Part shown: positions 11,701-19,874 of the stretch, in pieces
Position numbering within the stretch: the stretch's first letter is position 1
Layout: each line of letters opens with the position of its first letter
DNA from: a virus
Taxonomy: Duplodnaviria > Heunggongvirae > Uroviricota > Caudoviricetes
DNA length: 64,000 bases
Virus record (IMG/VR): IMGVR_UViG_3300021600_000003
Span: 19,249-83,248 of that record
Strand: one strand, 5' to 3'
The notes under the pieces: model-generated
The model's input: only the letters and a program-made list of their open reading frames with translations
Databases searched by the model: none
What the model was told of the DNA's origin: nothing
Translations under genes and position numbers: made by a program

Positions 11701-12189
11701 AAGTGTAGAAAAGTCCCATGTCATAGGATTACCTACACTAGTACCAAACTTAACCATTTCTGTAACTTGTGAAAAAGATGAGGATATCTTATCTAAGAAT
11801 GGTTTAACTTCTTCTCTAGTAATACTAGATGGAGCATTTTTAATTTCTCCTACATTTATACCTAATAATTTTTCTAATTGTTCTTTATTCTCATATTGTT
11901 CAATATTCTCTTTAGAGAACTGACCTTCTGTATGTGTTAATTCTGAGAACATTTTTCTTACAGAATCTGCCTTAACAAGTAAATGCAGCTTTCCTGCTAC
12001 ATACTGAGTCATAGCAAATGCATACTCAGTAGCATTTTTCTGTTTATCTTGTTTAAGGAATTCCTCAAACACAACATTATATACACTCTTGAGAATAGCT
12101 TCTGGAGATATAGTATAATCAGCAGAGATTACTCTACTTACTATTTCTAGGGCTAGTCTTTCTTTTTCTGGGCTTAGTGAACAAATCAT
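2719..12189 (-). CDS. giant virion/ejection protein, 3156 aa (crAss-like cargo-type protein). The N-terminal region carries a RecB/Cas4-like PD-(D/E)XK nuclease motif.
   Basis: Uninterrupted 9.47 kb ORF. Its start ATG overlaps the upstream gene's stop (TAATG). Residues ~309-350 read GELDLLAIYPDGTFKVIDIKTT...KYGKQASIY, i.e. PD...D-I-K...QxxxY. It also contains HEGWH. Confidence 0.85.
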   Translation of the reverse strand: MICSLSPEKERLALEIVSRVISADYTISPEAILKSVYNVVFEEFLKQDKQKNATEYAFAMTQYVAGKLHLLVKADSVRKMFSELTHTEGQFSKENIEQYENKEQLEKLLGINVGEIKNAPSSITREEVKPFLDKISSSFSQVTEMVKFGTSVGNPMTWDFSTLKNEDGSNMKLIRVTEFLNGSFVKSKDTTGTISTRRGDLADITIRKFFTNPIDYNTFKEKILQDKEFTDLFRRFSENNAPLKSLPSPVVSRYMEEFINDMMYAINFIQTNYQDAHLTDLRSVVDNSSLTPQQKNNFFLYSRELGMRGELDLLAIYPDGTFKVIDIKTTDGFLSEREKTKYGKQASIYDMMIAQATGLQSKGENDIIYLTTSISNVATILNTKDKGSLRLSITAYNKVTNKNQDSTILSKEIQLYRDKIESMYDRIIPTAKNNVAVNPLNPSLTSWFNKNIKKDNPLKMILRSNDALATREDLLKGQAWLEERFPELKGRINIIRTMNSQTGAEFFIDAINFYEKVNKGADYHEGWHRFSQLYLTKGEKLDLYKSLQKQNIDFTTRDSRNLNTSTANNIDIEELLAEEFRRYATSPKTYSPLEGNKKAKSLFGKILDALRSLWEWFTNKGTISYLDMFEKLNTNTFNRSNFSTDNAIFTHLNSLFIDSTTGDSGVIDNMTFREFRDFADFNLTQYLTEKNVVISDLMTMDGVKTLHDIIRQSLENQKQAINSMREQINDAIDKSEDEVVEGHLKTNDENLAYYSNLLDFILEKNPNGDLIRFADFMRAYFKFSQYRSLRNLFDKNQNRISSIVDEESLSEFMQKEEEGANDTSDEDTKPDIAESPDLDYNNPGNLKQAIEFAREELKDFFNGIPRLLSSDLNEEQFETNTAGLPLTLSREEAFYKTLNILQGSPTLSTMILQLNSQHSMMLFPELRSVRDRLLGDTEKGIEGLIPKLRNLSQLLSSQQASAEDIESHGRLMSFLTHFELVMSLRKVPFDTVVRRMNFAPDNENPYIQSPIQTRENLESIINSILNDFTKGFQINTKKRFDESNKKYISIYYAMYKIFANGEQGLTQFMNDFESENPFIYDHIGNRFYFNAFYVYKNFHTNDPNKGELQEFFSNLGIELNDKAYENPNHFNEIRSIYNRIRDILFTYHKKTGEQIAHLFNTNIVNLVKEWKQLQLYNINPDLDGVQKIIAMNTLREKEEELQGFARRIFSPSPVSKMLFDGKDRKLTRDPKYKVFAAYLPLFQQLARIEKNYHKRFSSGSMIVIDKMQFSHFLPNNMLVTEMLINEHINSFSDFAKFPALSHLDPIKNPQIINSWLFNRIFNQTGTKVPNMRMGISIISQISDIGEDSLESKRVQDSSAEEKMLMDAVLYESDGSSEMRRVETSNTAWRLSLQETDGIERKFIKAVNIERDGFVNPTFLNQVRNYIQYAAWKFQYYLDDANAKRDINHANKGLDKLGVFDEMLPISRGKIKAFIREEGGDMNTLMSRLEVKDPTLFNQINLEISNYFEKVAITNDNSYKNVFNNSLSEKSNNILYTLSAINSVRNPFYMKINTLGQLSDGIFRDIIANDFIMTMEDSLLFFGDYTYYKDPIKRRKIIANNGSINMVDEIMAEAMAAQTAARSLKDTYQSSKGITSQKNYQLVKKVVMKDIKMESIALKDDNMLKALLLLRKQKSTGERANITLEQMRVEKVNILTAFKDMEVADAGAYLNLDTNRFMRMREMVWDWDKDEKEYIRQILLLKQGLGHELSDEESDHIKNGPNKDGSYSSFNVSKYALTGPIYYETNSPMTPSFDKMGLRVLLPEFDMNRITRPLFDKMYGEDIDYMVMDSGSKAFTPPVENVFSKDGLSSTVGKTLHSTFHAGGFFKFQQNTTHLNDRSTFAVQLRSIFYEGLLSQQKYGTVSTTLLNSYKKVVRSLSDYIRINSSRALTDMGLDIDGKMRDKATFVKYLRERMLEIGDIDEKVLDLLNSNDDGNFSTFLEALPFQKNIIDLIAGIVDDNFRKVKLNGTKFYQSFEMGSNEPIKFRKKNKDGTYSSLEDSLPEEYRGTIELKWHGLKIVDGKAISTLPVESRISFRKQFYPLLNLNHPDGERITTLKRLNEAIRNEKWLNTYGDSITFIGVRIPLQDLNFSSHIIVREFLPEAFGDMILLPPEFYAQTGSDNDIDTVTASFRYLNSLGRIIKRPTEQYSDITNKIEELSTKIGTEKSFLLAKNTSTDDEQLNSIKKEFLENEVYALKGKTVSDLDRDLTIVEEDGYRTVAGFIDPKSTLFKLRKKGEFNDIVDAVSSLIVDLNKGKRISSPLMKELNEMESKRDNYIKGVTNDIVSSILEFMEAPENYDFLTETDSIAKIKKLAEENLERKTGSPVELGRQLTSLEAMSYVTNIANHHNNFAIRSILGSLVRFRSMLPLLEISGLTIQREYRAGPLNALLKRIDTGINLLEEVKNNKEKTYKRFVHTPLLYNKDTSKGIKISVFNENGDRTTKDLSAEVSSLLDLFKNADIFPSLGITWLNVKPMIWLMAQGVPLERTILFLNNPVVQDVQNELDKLGTDARPKHALVSSVQKWSGSEIFPISDAKTGFPGWGKYRVKNEETNGKTSINQYMFAAGPASQNYLGDKHLSFSEKDLADFTEKYGEFQRNAPKYKRNMEQFLRENPSYTDMAKDIASYYGTVLADGDMFYLLFIKGLSRNSTKVNSLSAISYAEALKQARQVSGMSNPEFENKIQDESMVTPFYNDETVKNMLSNAFPNILINDNKFFVKEFQNVLQNIVWQTFGTPEDRRKVEMRVISDFIYSTYLNFFIYKDGENANKLYEFFEYDISPLLRPLVESTDSYKAFAKEFLSKVDNLSEDEKIGALYSKSLLSSQLDILTSKYSELREIPLIQSIDTKSEHGIDPMKDGVPDFKDVLNALPQNYITFNLSPNPKDREAEETVLRDNFEKLVMFDISSFPTIEAKLRQNQDRLDFYKDSANVKEIRQIFNVLGYYLLTQSSHLERNKGSFSYLVPPMIIKNVVETSINNFNRFLKEGASFKDGETTEAATNEVITNYLKQFEKMFKDMNPDLKWNNPVIINNEIAAAPDETSEQYGVHESDLYQKKKKDRPGLPYQKSHTGKLYSKLGNTNITHFMNRLAKEQSVKLDGKNDFMLDDVKDNEIDPLNCKI

Positions 12190-15100
12190 TAGCAGTCGTC
12201 TTTTGTAACATCCCCTAAATTAAGAGTAGGGTCTGGATTATTAAATGCCTTTAAAATCTCATCATCTGATAAAGTTTCTCCTACTTTAACTATAGTAGTA
12301 GATGGGGACTTTTCTGTTTGAGCTTCTTGGTTTTGTATCTTTGTTAGTTCATTCATATCATTATCTAATGTTATAGCCATTCTCTTATTTACTCTAGCAT
12401 ATCCTTCTATATTTGGAGATGTTTTTATAGGTATAGATGAGGTGGCTACGTTTGCGTTAATAAAATTAGAGTAGTTCTCGTTTCCTTCTCTTAGTATTTC
12501 TTCCTGCAAAGGTAACTCATTTCTACTATCATAGTACGCTTTACTAATATTTAATGGACTTTTATATATATCTTCTAATTTAGTAATAGATTTCAATTCA
12601 TCGATAGTTATCTTTCCAGATGTTAAGAACTTCTTAAAGTTTTTTAAATCAACTAATAATATAACTGTTCCTAAATTTATAGGCTTAAACATATCTGGAC
12701 GAAGTAAAGTTTCTAGACTTCTCATATTATCAACAGTAGCTTCTAAATTACCTTTTATAGCAGCCTCAAATATATTTTCTCCATTCTCTGCTTTTAAGAT
12801 ATCTATTAGTTTCTCTCCTTTATTATTTTTAGCTTCTGCTATGCTAACTGGATGAAATTCAACTGATTCTGTTCCTGCAGAAGGTTTATTCAAATCCTTA
12901 TACATATCAAAATTTATACGCATAGAACGTTGATATATACCATGTATAGTGATATTCTCAGAAGATATATTACCTTTCTCACTTGACATATGACCTCTAG
13001 AAAAAAGCTCATTAGCCATATGCATAGTTTTACCTTTTGGTATAGTATAACTATTATTTGTACCTTCTCTATATAGCATTCCTTGAGTTACAAAATTTAT
13101 AGAAGCTGTAACTTTTCCGTTAGCTATTACATTCTTAAGGGTAGATAATACATTAACCCCATTAAATGAAGGATGTAAAGATATAGGAGTAGCTGTTAAA
13201 GGAGCTAAAGCAAAAGGAGGAGCAACTACATCACTTCTTCTTTTTCCTATATTCTGTTCACTATATAAATCAAATCCATCTAAATAGAATAAAAGATTAC
13301 TACCTTGAGCAAATGGAGAACCTACTTCATCAAACTTTACAAAGTTACCATCCTTATCAGCTACTACTCCATATATCTCGCCTTTTTTAGATATAGATAA
13401 TACTAATTTATAGTCCTCTTTTCTTAGTTTTCCAGAAGCTAATTTATCTAAAAAGTTAAAACGAGCTATATTATTATCTGATGTACGAATAGTACCTTTC
13501 TCAATATCCTTTGGATTAGATGTTACTACATTAATAGTTCCTTCATTTTTACCATTATCTGCATTATTATCTATCCTATTATTATGGATTATAAGTCCTT
13601 CTTTATCAGCCTCTTCCTTAAAGGTTGTCTCATTTTCAATAGCTTGCTGATGTAGACGATATGCTTGTCTTACCTCATCCAATAAAGAAGGTGGAACCAT
13701 TCCTGCTTCTTCTACAGAAGTATCATTTACTGTTGTTATAATAGATTCTCCTATTTTACTTATTGTTAAAGTTTTATTATTCTTATCTAAATCTTCTGGT
13801 TTATATTCTCTTCTATCTCTACCAGTTTTATTAATATCTTCCTGTTCAACAAATATATCTCCTACTTTAACTAAAGTTGTACTACTTGTTTGAGTATTTC
13901 CTTTTGTACCACTATGATGTCCTTTAGAACTTGGATTAGTAGTAGTAAGTCTTAATATATCACCATCTTTAGTATTTAAAGCAGCTTCTACAGCATTTTT
14001 AAATTTAATTTCTGTTATAGAAGTTTCCTTAGCATCTTCTACTGTAGGAGTAGGCTCATTTACAGCTTCTTCTGTGAACTGTCCAGTAACTTCTGTTTTT
14101 AAAGTATCAACTTTAGCTGTATTATATGCAGTAATTAAATCTATAACTTCTTGAGGTATCTCTACTTCTAAGTTACCCATCTCTTTTAAAAATCTTTCTA
14201 TAGCTCTATCAAGATTATCTGCATTTACATTAGGATCTGCAGCTTGGAATATTTGTATAAGTTGTTCACGTAATCCCTCTAGAGTAGAAGTTTTAGCCTC
14301 TTCCTCTTTTTTAGCCTGTTCTTCTGCTTTTATTCTATCTTTTTCTTCTTGTATAGCTTTTTCTTCTTCTGCTTTTACTGCTTCTTCTGCTTTAATCTCA
14401 GGATTCTGTTCTTTCTTAATATCACCTATTAATATTCTATCCTGTTCTTCTGGAGTCATTTTTTCAGCCTCTTCTTGTGTATATCCTTTATCTTTGAGTT
14501 TTTCTATTTTGATTTTTGCCATTAAGTTGTTATACAACTTTATTTTATCATTCCATCTAGATAATCCAGTTGCTGGATCAGAGTATTCTTTTACTAAAGA
14601 ATGAGCTTGTGCAGCAGTTGCTAGATATATCTCTTTTTGAAGAACAGCATTTTGATAGTGTCCAAGAGTAGTATCTATTTCTGCTTGTGCTAATTTTATA
14701 TCTGTACCCTTATCAAATTTAAAAATAGAATCAGAAGACGTTACATGTTCTGGTAAATTTTGACCTAATAAATTAAGTTCTTCTAATTGTTTATCTAGTT
14801 GTTGTTGAATAATCTTCTTAGTATCATTATCTAGATTTTCATTATTAATAACATCTGTATACATTGCTACTTTGGCAGCTAACATATTATAAGCACTAAA
14901 TACAGATGGAGTCTTAGTAAATGGATTCATTTCATTTTCTAAGTCAGCATATCTATTTGCTGCATTTGTAGCTGCATACTTTTGCATAGTATAATCAAAG
15001 ATATGAACTCTTAATCCAGCTAATTGTGAGAAGTAGTCTTCCTTACTTAATTTTAATGGATTATTGAATTTCAGTGCTTCTATCTTATGATAATCATCAT

Positions 15101-17258
15101 ACATATGTTGTGCAATATCAGCCCACTTTTTAGGATCTTCTGCCATCTCCCCAGTAACTCCATAGATTGCTAATTCTCCCGGAGTTTTATTTGTCCAATT
15201 CTTTATTCTTGATATTAGTTCTTCACCAGTACCATGCATAATATGACCTCTTAAGAAGTCACCAAATAATACATGTTGTAAGTATTCTCTTTTTTCTGGG
15301 TCAGTTATATCATCAATCTCTACTTTTCTAGCAAACATACTTTGTATCTTCTCTAGTTTAGCATTTATCTCAAGAGTTCTTTCTTTAACCTTATCTTCAT
15401 TAAAACTACCATCTGCATTATATAAATCACCTGTCATTACGTCTACATTCATCCATGCTGCTTTAGCATTTTTGATATTAGCAACTAAAGTAGCATGCTC
15501 ATGTTCTTCTGTCTTTCTTTCTCCTAAGGGAAGAATATGACCTTTTTGTCTTTCTCCTGCTAATTTAGCAAAACCTGCACCACCTAATATACCCATTACA
15601 GCACCTGCCATAATAGAGTCTGCTACTTCTTTATCATTTCCATGATAAGCATCTACTGTCTGTTGCCATAATTGTTCAAAGAAAGGTTTAGCATTAGTAA
15701 GAATACCTTGACTATCAGTATCATCACCTCTTCTCATATATGAACCTGCTGCTACACGAGTTGCAGCTTGTTGAGCATTTTCTTCCCAATAACCTTCCAT
15801 TATAGTAGCCTTAACACCTTCCTTACCATAAAAAGATATTCTTCTTCCCATAGTAGGAAGAAATCCTTTACTTGCTTTCTCAGCTATTTTTGCTGCATCT
15901 TCTCCTGCTAATTTTATTTCTGCTGCTGTCTTACCTGCATTTTTAGCTACTGTTTCTGCTTCTAATATAGCACTAGCTATCTTTCTTTCAGCTCTACTCT
16001 GTATTACATTTCCACTTTCATCTAATAATTCTCTAGTAAATATACTACCTACTCTTCTATTTCCTGCAGCTTGTTGGAACCATTTGTTCTCTAGTGCTCC
16101 AGATAATGATAAGATAAACATATTTAATCCAAACTGAGTAGGTGCATGTTCTGCAGATATTCTTCTAGCATCCTTCTCAGAATATCCTTTACCCATTAAA
16201 TCTTTTACATTAGATTGTAAACCATCTGTAGTTTCAGATACACTCTCCATTACTGTATTAAACATATGAGCAGTCATACCTCCTACATTACGAGAACCTG
16301 TTAGTCCCTCTAATGCTGTTCCTGTAGCTTTTGCAAAACGCCCTGCTGTTGCTGTTTCACCAACTCCTGCTGCTAATATCTTCTGAAATACATTAGCATC
16401 TTCAGCTGCTACAGCAAGTTTTGATAATTGTGTTAATTTTCCTAAACCCATAGCTGGTAAAGCAAATTGCAGAAGAAATCCTGCCCCATCTGCCATATCA
16501 CTTTGCCATAAATAAGGATCCATTAACTTAGAGAATGCTCCTTTATTATCGTAATTTATAGCTTTATATGTAGGAACAATTTCTTGTTTTACATAATCAT
16601 CTACATTCCTCATTGCACGAGCTAATACATTATCACTAACATCTAACCAAAAGTTATTTTTAGGACCACCATATGCCTCTGTAATCTCTCTTGATCCACT
16701 CGTAATCATACTATATAATGTTCCCACACCACCTATTACTCCAGTTGCGAATTTTGATAATACTCTTAATGCTGTTGTACCAGTAAATCTCCATGCTTTA
16801 CCAAACATAGAGTAATTATCCCATATATGTGTTTTATAGAAATCCTCATTTTCAGCTAAAGATACATCAGGGTTAAATCCAAACTTAGTTTTTCCACTTT
16901 CACTCCACCAATGCTGGTTAGTAAACTTTTCTTGACCTGCTTGATATTTTACCATTCTATCTAATCCTATACCACTCTTGAGAGATTGATTATTAGCCAT
17001 ACCTTGCAGCATATAATCTTTACCTATATCCCTCATTTTTGGATCAGTAGAAGTTATATAATCATTTAATGGAGGTACTTTATCAGAAGCTAATATACCA
17101 TCAGTAGATAAATCTTTTGGAATATATGTTATATCTGGAATATGAACATCCCCATAGAGAGAACTCAATCTCTCTTGAGTATCTAAACGTGTAGCTAATA
17201 GTCTATCATTAAATAGACCAGTAGCTAACTCAGATGGTATTCTTTCTATATCAGGCAT
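12189..17258 (-). CDS. giant virion protein, 1689 aa, with a Gly-rich N-terminal region and a central Lys/Glu-rich coiled coil
   Basis: ORF track entry. Central segment EEAEKMTPEEQDRILIGDIKKEQNPEIKAEEAVKAEEEKAIQEEKDRIKAEEQAKKEEEAK. Translationally coupled to its neighbours. Confidence 0.85.
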   Translation of the reverse strand: MPDIERIPSELATGLFNDRLLATRLDTQERLSSLYGDVHIPDITYIPKDLSTDGILASDKVPPLNDYITSTDPKMRDIGKDYMLQGMANNQSLKSGIGLDRMVKYQAGQEKFTNQHWWSESGKTKFGFNPDVSLAENEDFYKTHIWDNYSMFGKAWRFTGTTALRVLSKFATGVIGGVGTLYSMITSGSREITEAYGGPKNNFWLDVSDNVLARAMRNVDDYVKQEIVPTYKAINYDNKGAFSKLMDPYLWQSDMADGAGFLLQFALPAMGLGKLTQLSKLAVAAEDANVFQKILAAGVGETATAGRFAKATGTALEGLTGSRNVGGMTAHMFNTVMESVSETTDGLQSNVKDLMGKGYSEKDARRISAEHAPTQFGLNMFILSLSGALENKWFQQAAGNRRVGSIFTRELLDESGNVIQSRAERKIASAILEAETVAKNAGKTAAEIKLAGEDAAKIAEKASKGFLPTMGRRISFYGKEGVKATIMEGYWEENAQQAATRVAAGSYMRRGDDTDSQGILTNAKPFFEQLWQQTVDAYHGNDKEVADSIMAGAVMGILGGAGFAKLAGERQKGHILPLGERKTEEHEHATLVANIKNAKAAWMNVDVMTGDLYNADGSFNEDKVKERTLEINAKLEKIQSMFARKVEIDDITDPEKREYLQHVLFGDFLRGHIMHGTGEELISRIKNWTNKTPGELAIYGVTGEMAEDPKKWADIAQHMYDDYHKIEALKFNNPLKLSKEDYFSQLAGLRVHIFDYTMQKYAATNAANRYADLENEMNPFTKTPSVFSAYNMLAAKVAMYTDVINNENLDNDTKKIIQQQLDKQLEELNLLGQNLPEHVTSSDSIFKFDKGTDIKLAQAEIDTTLGHYQNAVLQKEIYLATAAQAHSLVKEYSDPATGLSRWNDKIKLYNNLMAKIKIEKLKDKGYTQEEAEKMTPEEQDRILIGDIKKEQNPEIKAEEAVKAEEEKAIQEEKDRIKAEEQAKKEEEAKTSTLEGLREQLIQIFQAADPNVNADNLDRAIERFLKEMGNLEVEIPQEVIDLITAYNTAKVDTLKTEVTGQFTEEAVNEPTPTVEDAKETSITEIKFKNAVEAALNTKDGDILRLTTTNPSSKGHHSGTKGNTQTSSTTLVKVGDIFVEQEDINKTGRDRREYKPEDLDKNNKTLTISKIGESIITTVNDTSVEEAGMVPPSLLDEVRQAYRLHQQAIENETTFKEEADKEGLIIHNNRIDNNADNGKNEGTINVVTSNPKDIEKGTIRTSDNNIARFNFLDKLASGKLRKEDYKLVLSISKKGEIYGVVADKDGNFVKFDEVGSPFAQGSNLLFYLDGFDLYSEQNIGKRRSDVVAPPFALAPLTATPISLHPSFNGVNVLSTLKNVIANGKVTASINFVTQGMLYREGTNNSYTIPKGKTMHMANELFSRGHMSSEKGNISSENITIHGIYQRSMRINFDMYKDLNKPSAGTESVEFHPVSIAEAKNNKGEKLIDILKAENGENIFEAAIKGNLEATVDNMRSLETLLRPDMFKPINLGTVILLVDLKNFKKFLTSGKITIDELKSITKLEDIYKSPLNISKAYYDSRNELPLQEEILREGNENYSNFINANVATSSIPIKTSPNIEGYARVNKRMAITLDNDMNELTKIQNQEAQTEKSPSTTIVKVGETLSDDEILKAFNNPDPTLNLGDVTKDDC

Positions 17259-17260
17259 TA

Positions 17261-19825
17261 TTATTGAGGTTTGGCTGGGTCAGTAAATGATAATACTAAT
17301 TGTTCTGGGTCAGTAAATGTATTATAATTAGTATCCCAGCTTCCATCTTTTAGTTGAACAGAAGGCATTAAACTTACTTGTCCATTAGATTTAACAGCAA
17401 TTACTTTTACATTTGCTCCAAATGGAGTAGTAAAACTATAAGAGGAGTAAGGAAACATTGTTCCATCAGGATTACTAACATCCTCAGATGTCATATAAGA
17501 TTTTTTTGAAAACTGTAATTGTCTTTCCATTAATGTTTTAAAATCTCTTATTTTATTTATCTGTGATTTTTGTTGTGGAGTAGGTAAGTTAGGAATATCA
17601 CGAAATGTATATGGTAACATAATAGCTTTTTTACCTCCCCAATCTACTTCAGTAGCACCTGAATTATATGTTTTAGCATTAGCTAGTACTGTTTGATCAC
17701 CCCATACATCATCACCAGTAGCACTAGTAGGGATAACTATTAGATTTTGACCATTAATATCATGACCTAATAACTTATAACCCTTTTTACCAGCTTCTCC
17801 ACCCTGTACACCTAATGCATTCTTTATAGCCATATCTACAGCCATATTCTTTTTAGGATCTACACGAGGTGCTACATATCTTTCAGCCTGATAATATGTC
17901 TTCCTATATAAATCATCTTTTGCATTCTGCATTCCTGTTACTAGTTCACCATTCCTTCTAAAGAATTCATTTAATTGTTTAATATCAGAAGATGGAGCTG
18001 TTTGTTGTTCACTAAAGAATTTACTTCCAAATAATCCAGATCCTCCATCATCATAAACTTTACCATTAATAGTATAACTATATCTTTCATGTTTAGATAT
18101 ACTTGTATTAGAATTATCTCTAACTCTTTGAATATCATTTTGTCTAATATTTGCTAATGCATCTCCAGTAATAACTGTACCATCTGATAAAGTAATTACT
18201 GTCTTTTTTAATTCTGCAGCTTGACTAGAAAATTGATTATTAACAACAGCATCAATAGCTTTTTGTTTTAAATCATGTCCTGCAACTTCTTCTTTTGCAT
18301 TATTATAACTTGTTATTAACTCAGTAAATTGTCTATCTCTGTTTTCTTTTGGAAGTTTACTTTGATTATTAACATAGTTTAGTAAGAAATTACTCCATCC
18401 AAGTTTATCAATTTGTTTTTGTTGATTAGGATCTTTTGCTAAGATATAATCATGTAAACTATTAAATGAGTTTGTAAATACATCATGTGCAACTTTTTGT
18501 TCCAATCCAGCTTGAACAGATCCATAATTCTGTCCTGTATCTATACCTTCTGTAACTGTAGGATTAATAGTTTGTAATTTATTACCAGCTATTTCTCCAG
18601 ATTGTTGTTTTAAATCTAAATCATATAGATATTTTTGTTTTAATTCATCCTTTCTATAATCATGCTCTCTCTGTTGAGCATAAGCTTTTTCAATTGCATT
18701 AAATTGTGCAATTCCTGCTGCATTAGCTGTTAATTTATTAGTATATTTATCACTCTTAAATGCTTCACCTAGATCCATATATTGTTTAGACATATAAATA
18801 CCAGCAGCTATTTGATTAAAGTTTTCTTTAATATATTGGTCAGGGTTATTACCAACCATATTTATATATTCTTTTTGCCTGTCGTCTAAATTTTTCTGTA
18901 GGGTAGGAAGCATATCCTGTAACTTCTTTATAGTAGCTTTATTATCTTCTGTTGGGTTTTGGATATCTTTAAGAGCAGCCAATTTACCACTTAAAGAATC
19001 TAATGCAGTTTGTTGTGGACCTATTGCATATGCATGATGATCAGTAACTAATAAATGAGGATTCATTTTATAGTATGCCCAGCCATCTATTCCCATTTGT
19101 TCTTTAGCTTTATCTGATAAACCTTCCATAAAACAGTTACCTGTTTCACCTGCTGAAGCTCCTGATTTAGAACTTTCATTAAAATACATATAATTAGAAG
19201 CTACATCTTGCCCTTCTGTAGCTGTTCCTTTACAATGTTTTAAAATGCTATCGTATTCCTGTTGAGGATTATAATATGGACTATATTGTTTTCTACCTAA
19301 TTTACCATATAAACCTTTTAATAATTCTGGATCTCTTGCTGTTTTTGGATTAAACTCTTCAAATCCATCTAATGCATATGCTAAATTTCTTTGTGTATAT
19401 CCTTCACCTTCTGGACCTGTAGATGATAATTTAGTTTTTCTATATCCATTAGCATCACTATAAATACCCTGCATTGTTTTGGTTAATTCACTATCATATA
19501 ATAATGCTTGATCACTCAAGAGTGGTTTGAACAAGTTAAATCCTTGTCTTTGTACAGAAGGATCTCCTAAATCCATAGTAGATAGTTTGGATAATTGCTT
19601 TTGTGCATCCTCCATATACTGTTTCCTAACTTCTTTATTAGAATCTAGTGTTAATGGCATATCTAGTATGTTATCATAGATATGTTTTACACGAGCAGCT
19701 CCTGCATCCCAGAAAGCATTCTGGGCAGAGATACCTTTAAAGATATCATTAATAGGCAACTCATAAGGTCTGAAGTTACTTACGGCTGCATAATCATTAT
19801 TACTATATGGTGATGTTGATGGCAT
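17261..19825 (-). CDS. virion structural protein, 854 aa
   Basis: ORF track entry. A promoter-like TAAATTTG element lies 5 nt upstream of its ATG. Confidence 0.8.
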   Translation of the reverse strand: MPSTSPYSNNDYAAVSNFRPYELPINDIFKGISAQNAFWDAGAARVKHIYDNILDMPLTLDSNKEVRKQYMEDAQKQLSKLSTMDLGDPSVQRQGFNLFKPLLSDQALLYDSELTKTMQGIYSDANGYRKTKLSSTGPEGEGYTQRNLAYALDGFEEFNPKTARDPELLKGLYGKLGRKQYSPYYNPQQEYDSILKHCKGTATEGQDVASNYMYFNESSKSGASAGETGNCFMEGLSDKAKEQMGIDGWAYYKMNPHLLVTDHHAYAIGPQQTALDSLSGKLAALKDIQNPTEDNKATIKKLQDMLPTLQKNLDDRQKEYINMVGNNPDQYIKENFNQIAAGIYMSKQYMDLGEAFKSDKYTNKLTANAAGIAQFNAIEKAYAQQREHDYRKDELKQKYLYDLDLKQQSGEIAGNKLQTINPTVTEGIDTGQNYGSVQAGLEQKVAHDVFTNSFNSLHDYILAKDPNQQKQIDKLGWSNFLLNYVNNQSKLPKENRDRQFTELITSYNNAKEEVAGHDLKQKAIDAVVNNQFSSQAAELKKTVITLSDGTVITGDALANIRQNDIQRVRDNSNTSISKHERYSYTINGKVYDDGGSGLFGSKFFSEQQTAPSSDIKQLNEFFRRNGELVTGMQNAKDDLYRKTYYQAERYVAPRVDPKKNMAVDMAIKNALGVQGGEAGKKGYKLLGHDINGQNLIVIPTSATGDDVWGDQTVLANAKTYNSGATEVDWGGKKAIMLPYTFRDIPNLPTPQQKSQINKIRDFKTLMERQLQFSKKSYMTSEDVSNPDGTMFPYSSYSFTTPFGANVKVIAVKSNGQVSLMPSVQLKDGSWDTNYNTFTDPEQLVLSFTDPAKPQ

Positions 19826-19830
19826 TTGTG

Positions 19831-19865
19831 CAAATTTACATTATAATTCCTTGGTTTCCAATTAA
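19831..19865 (-). promoter_or_regulatory. promoter-like element directly upstream of the 854-aa gene (TAAATTTG -7 box, 5 nt from the ATG)
   Basis: Minus-strand read ttaattggaaaccaaggaattataatgTAAATTTGcacaaATG. The -33 region is TTGG rather than TTTG. Confidence 0.35.
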
Positions 19866-19874
19866 TTTTATAAG

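Noticed and set aside
2719-12189. DxDGD catalytic motif of a crAss-type virion RNA polymerase in the 3156-aa protein
   Set aside because: Only LADGD is present (first Asp missing) and there is no second conserved-barrel signature. The polymerase cannot be assigned from sequence reading alone.
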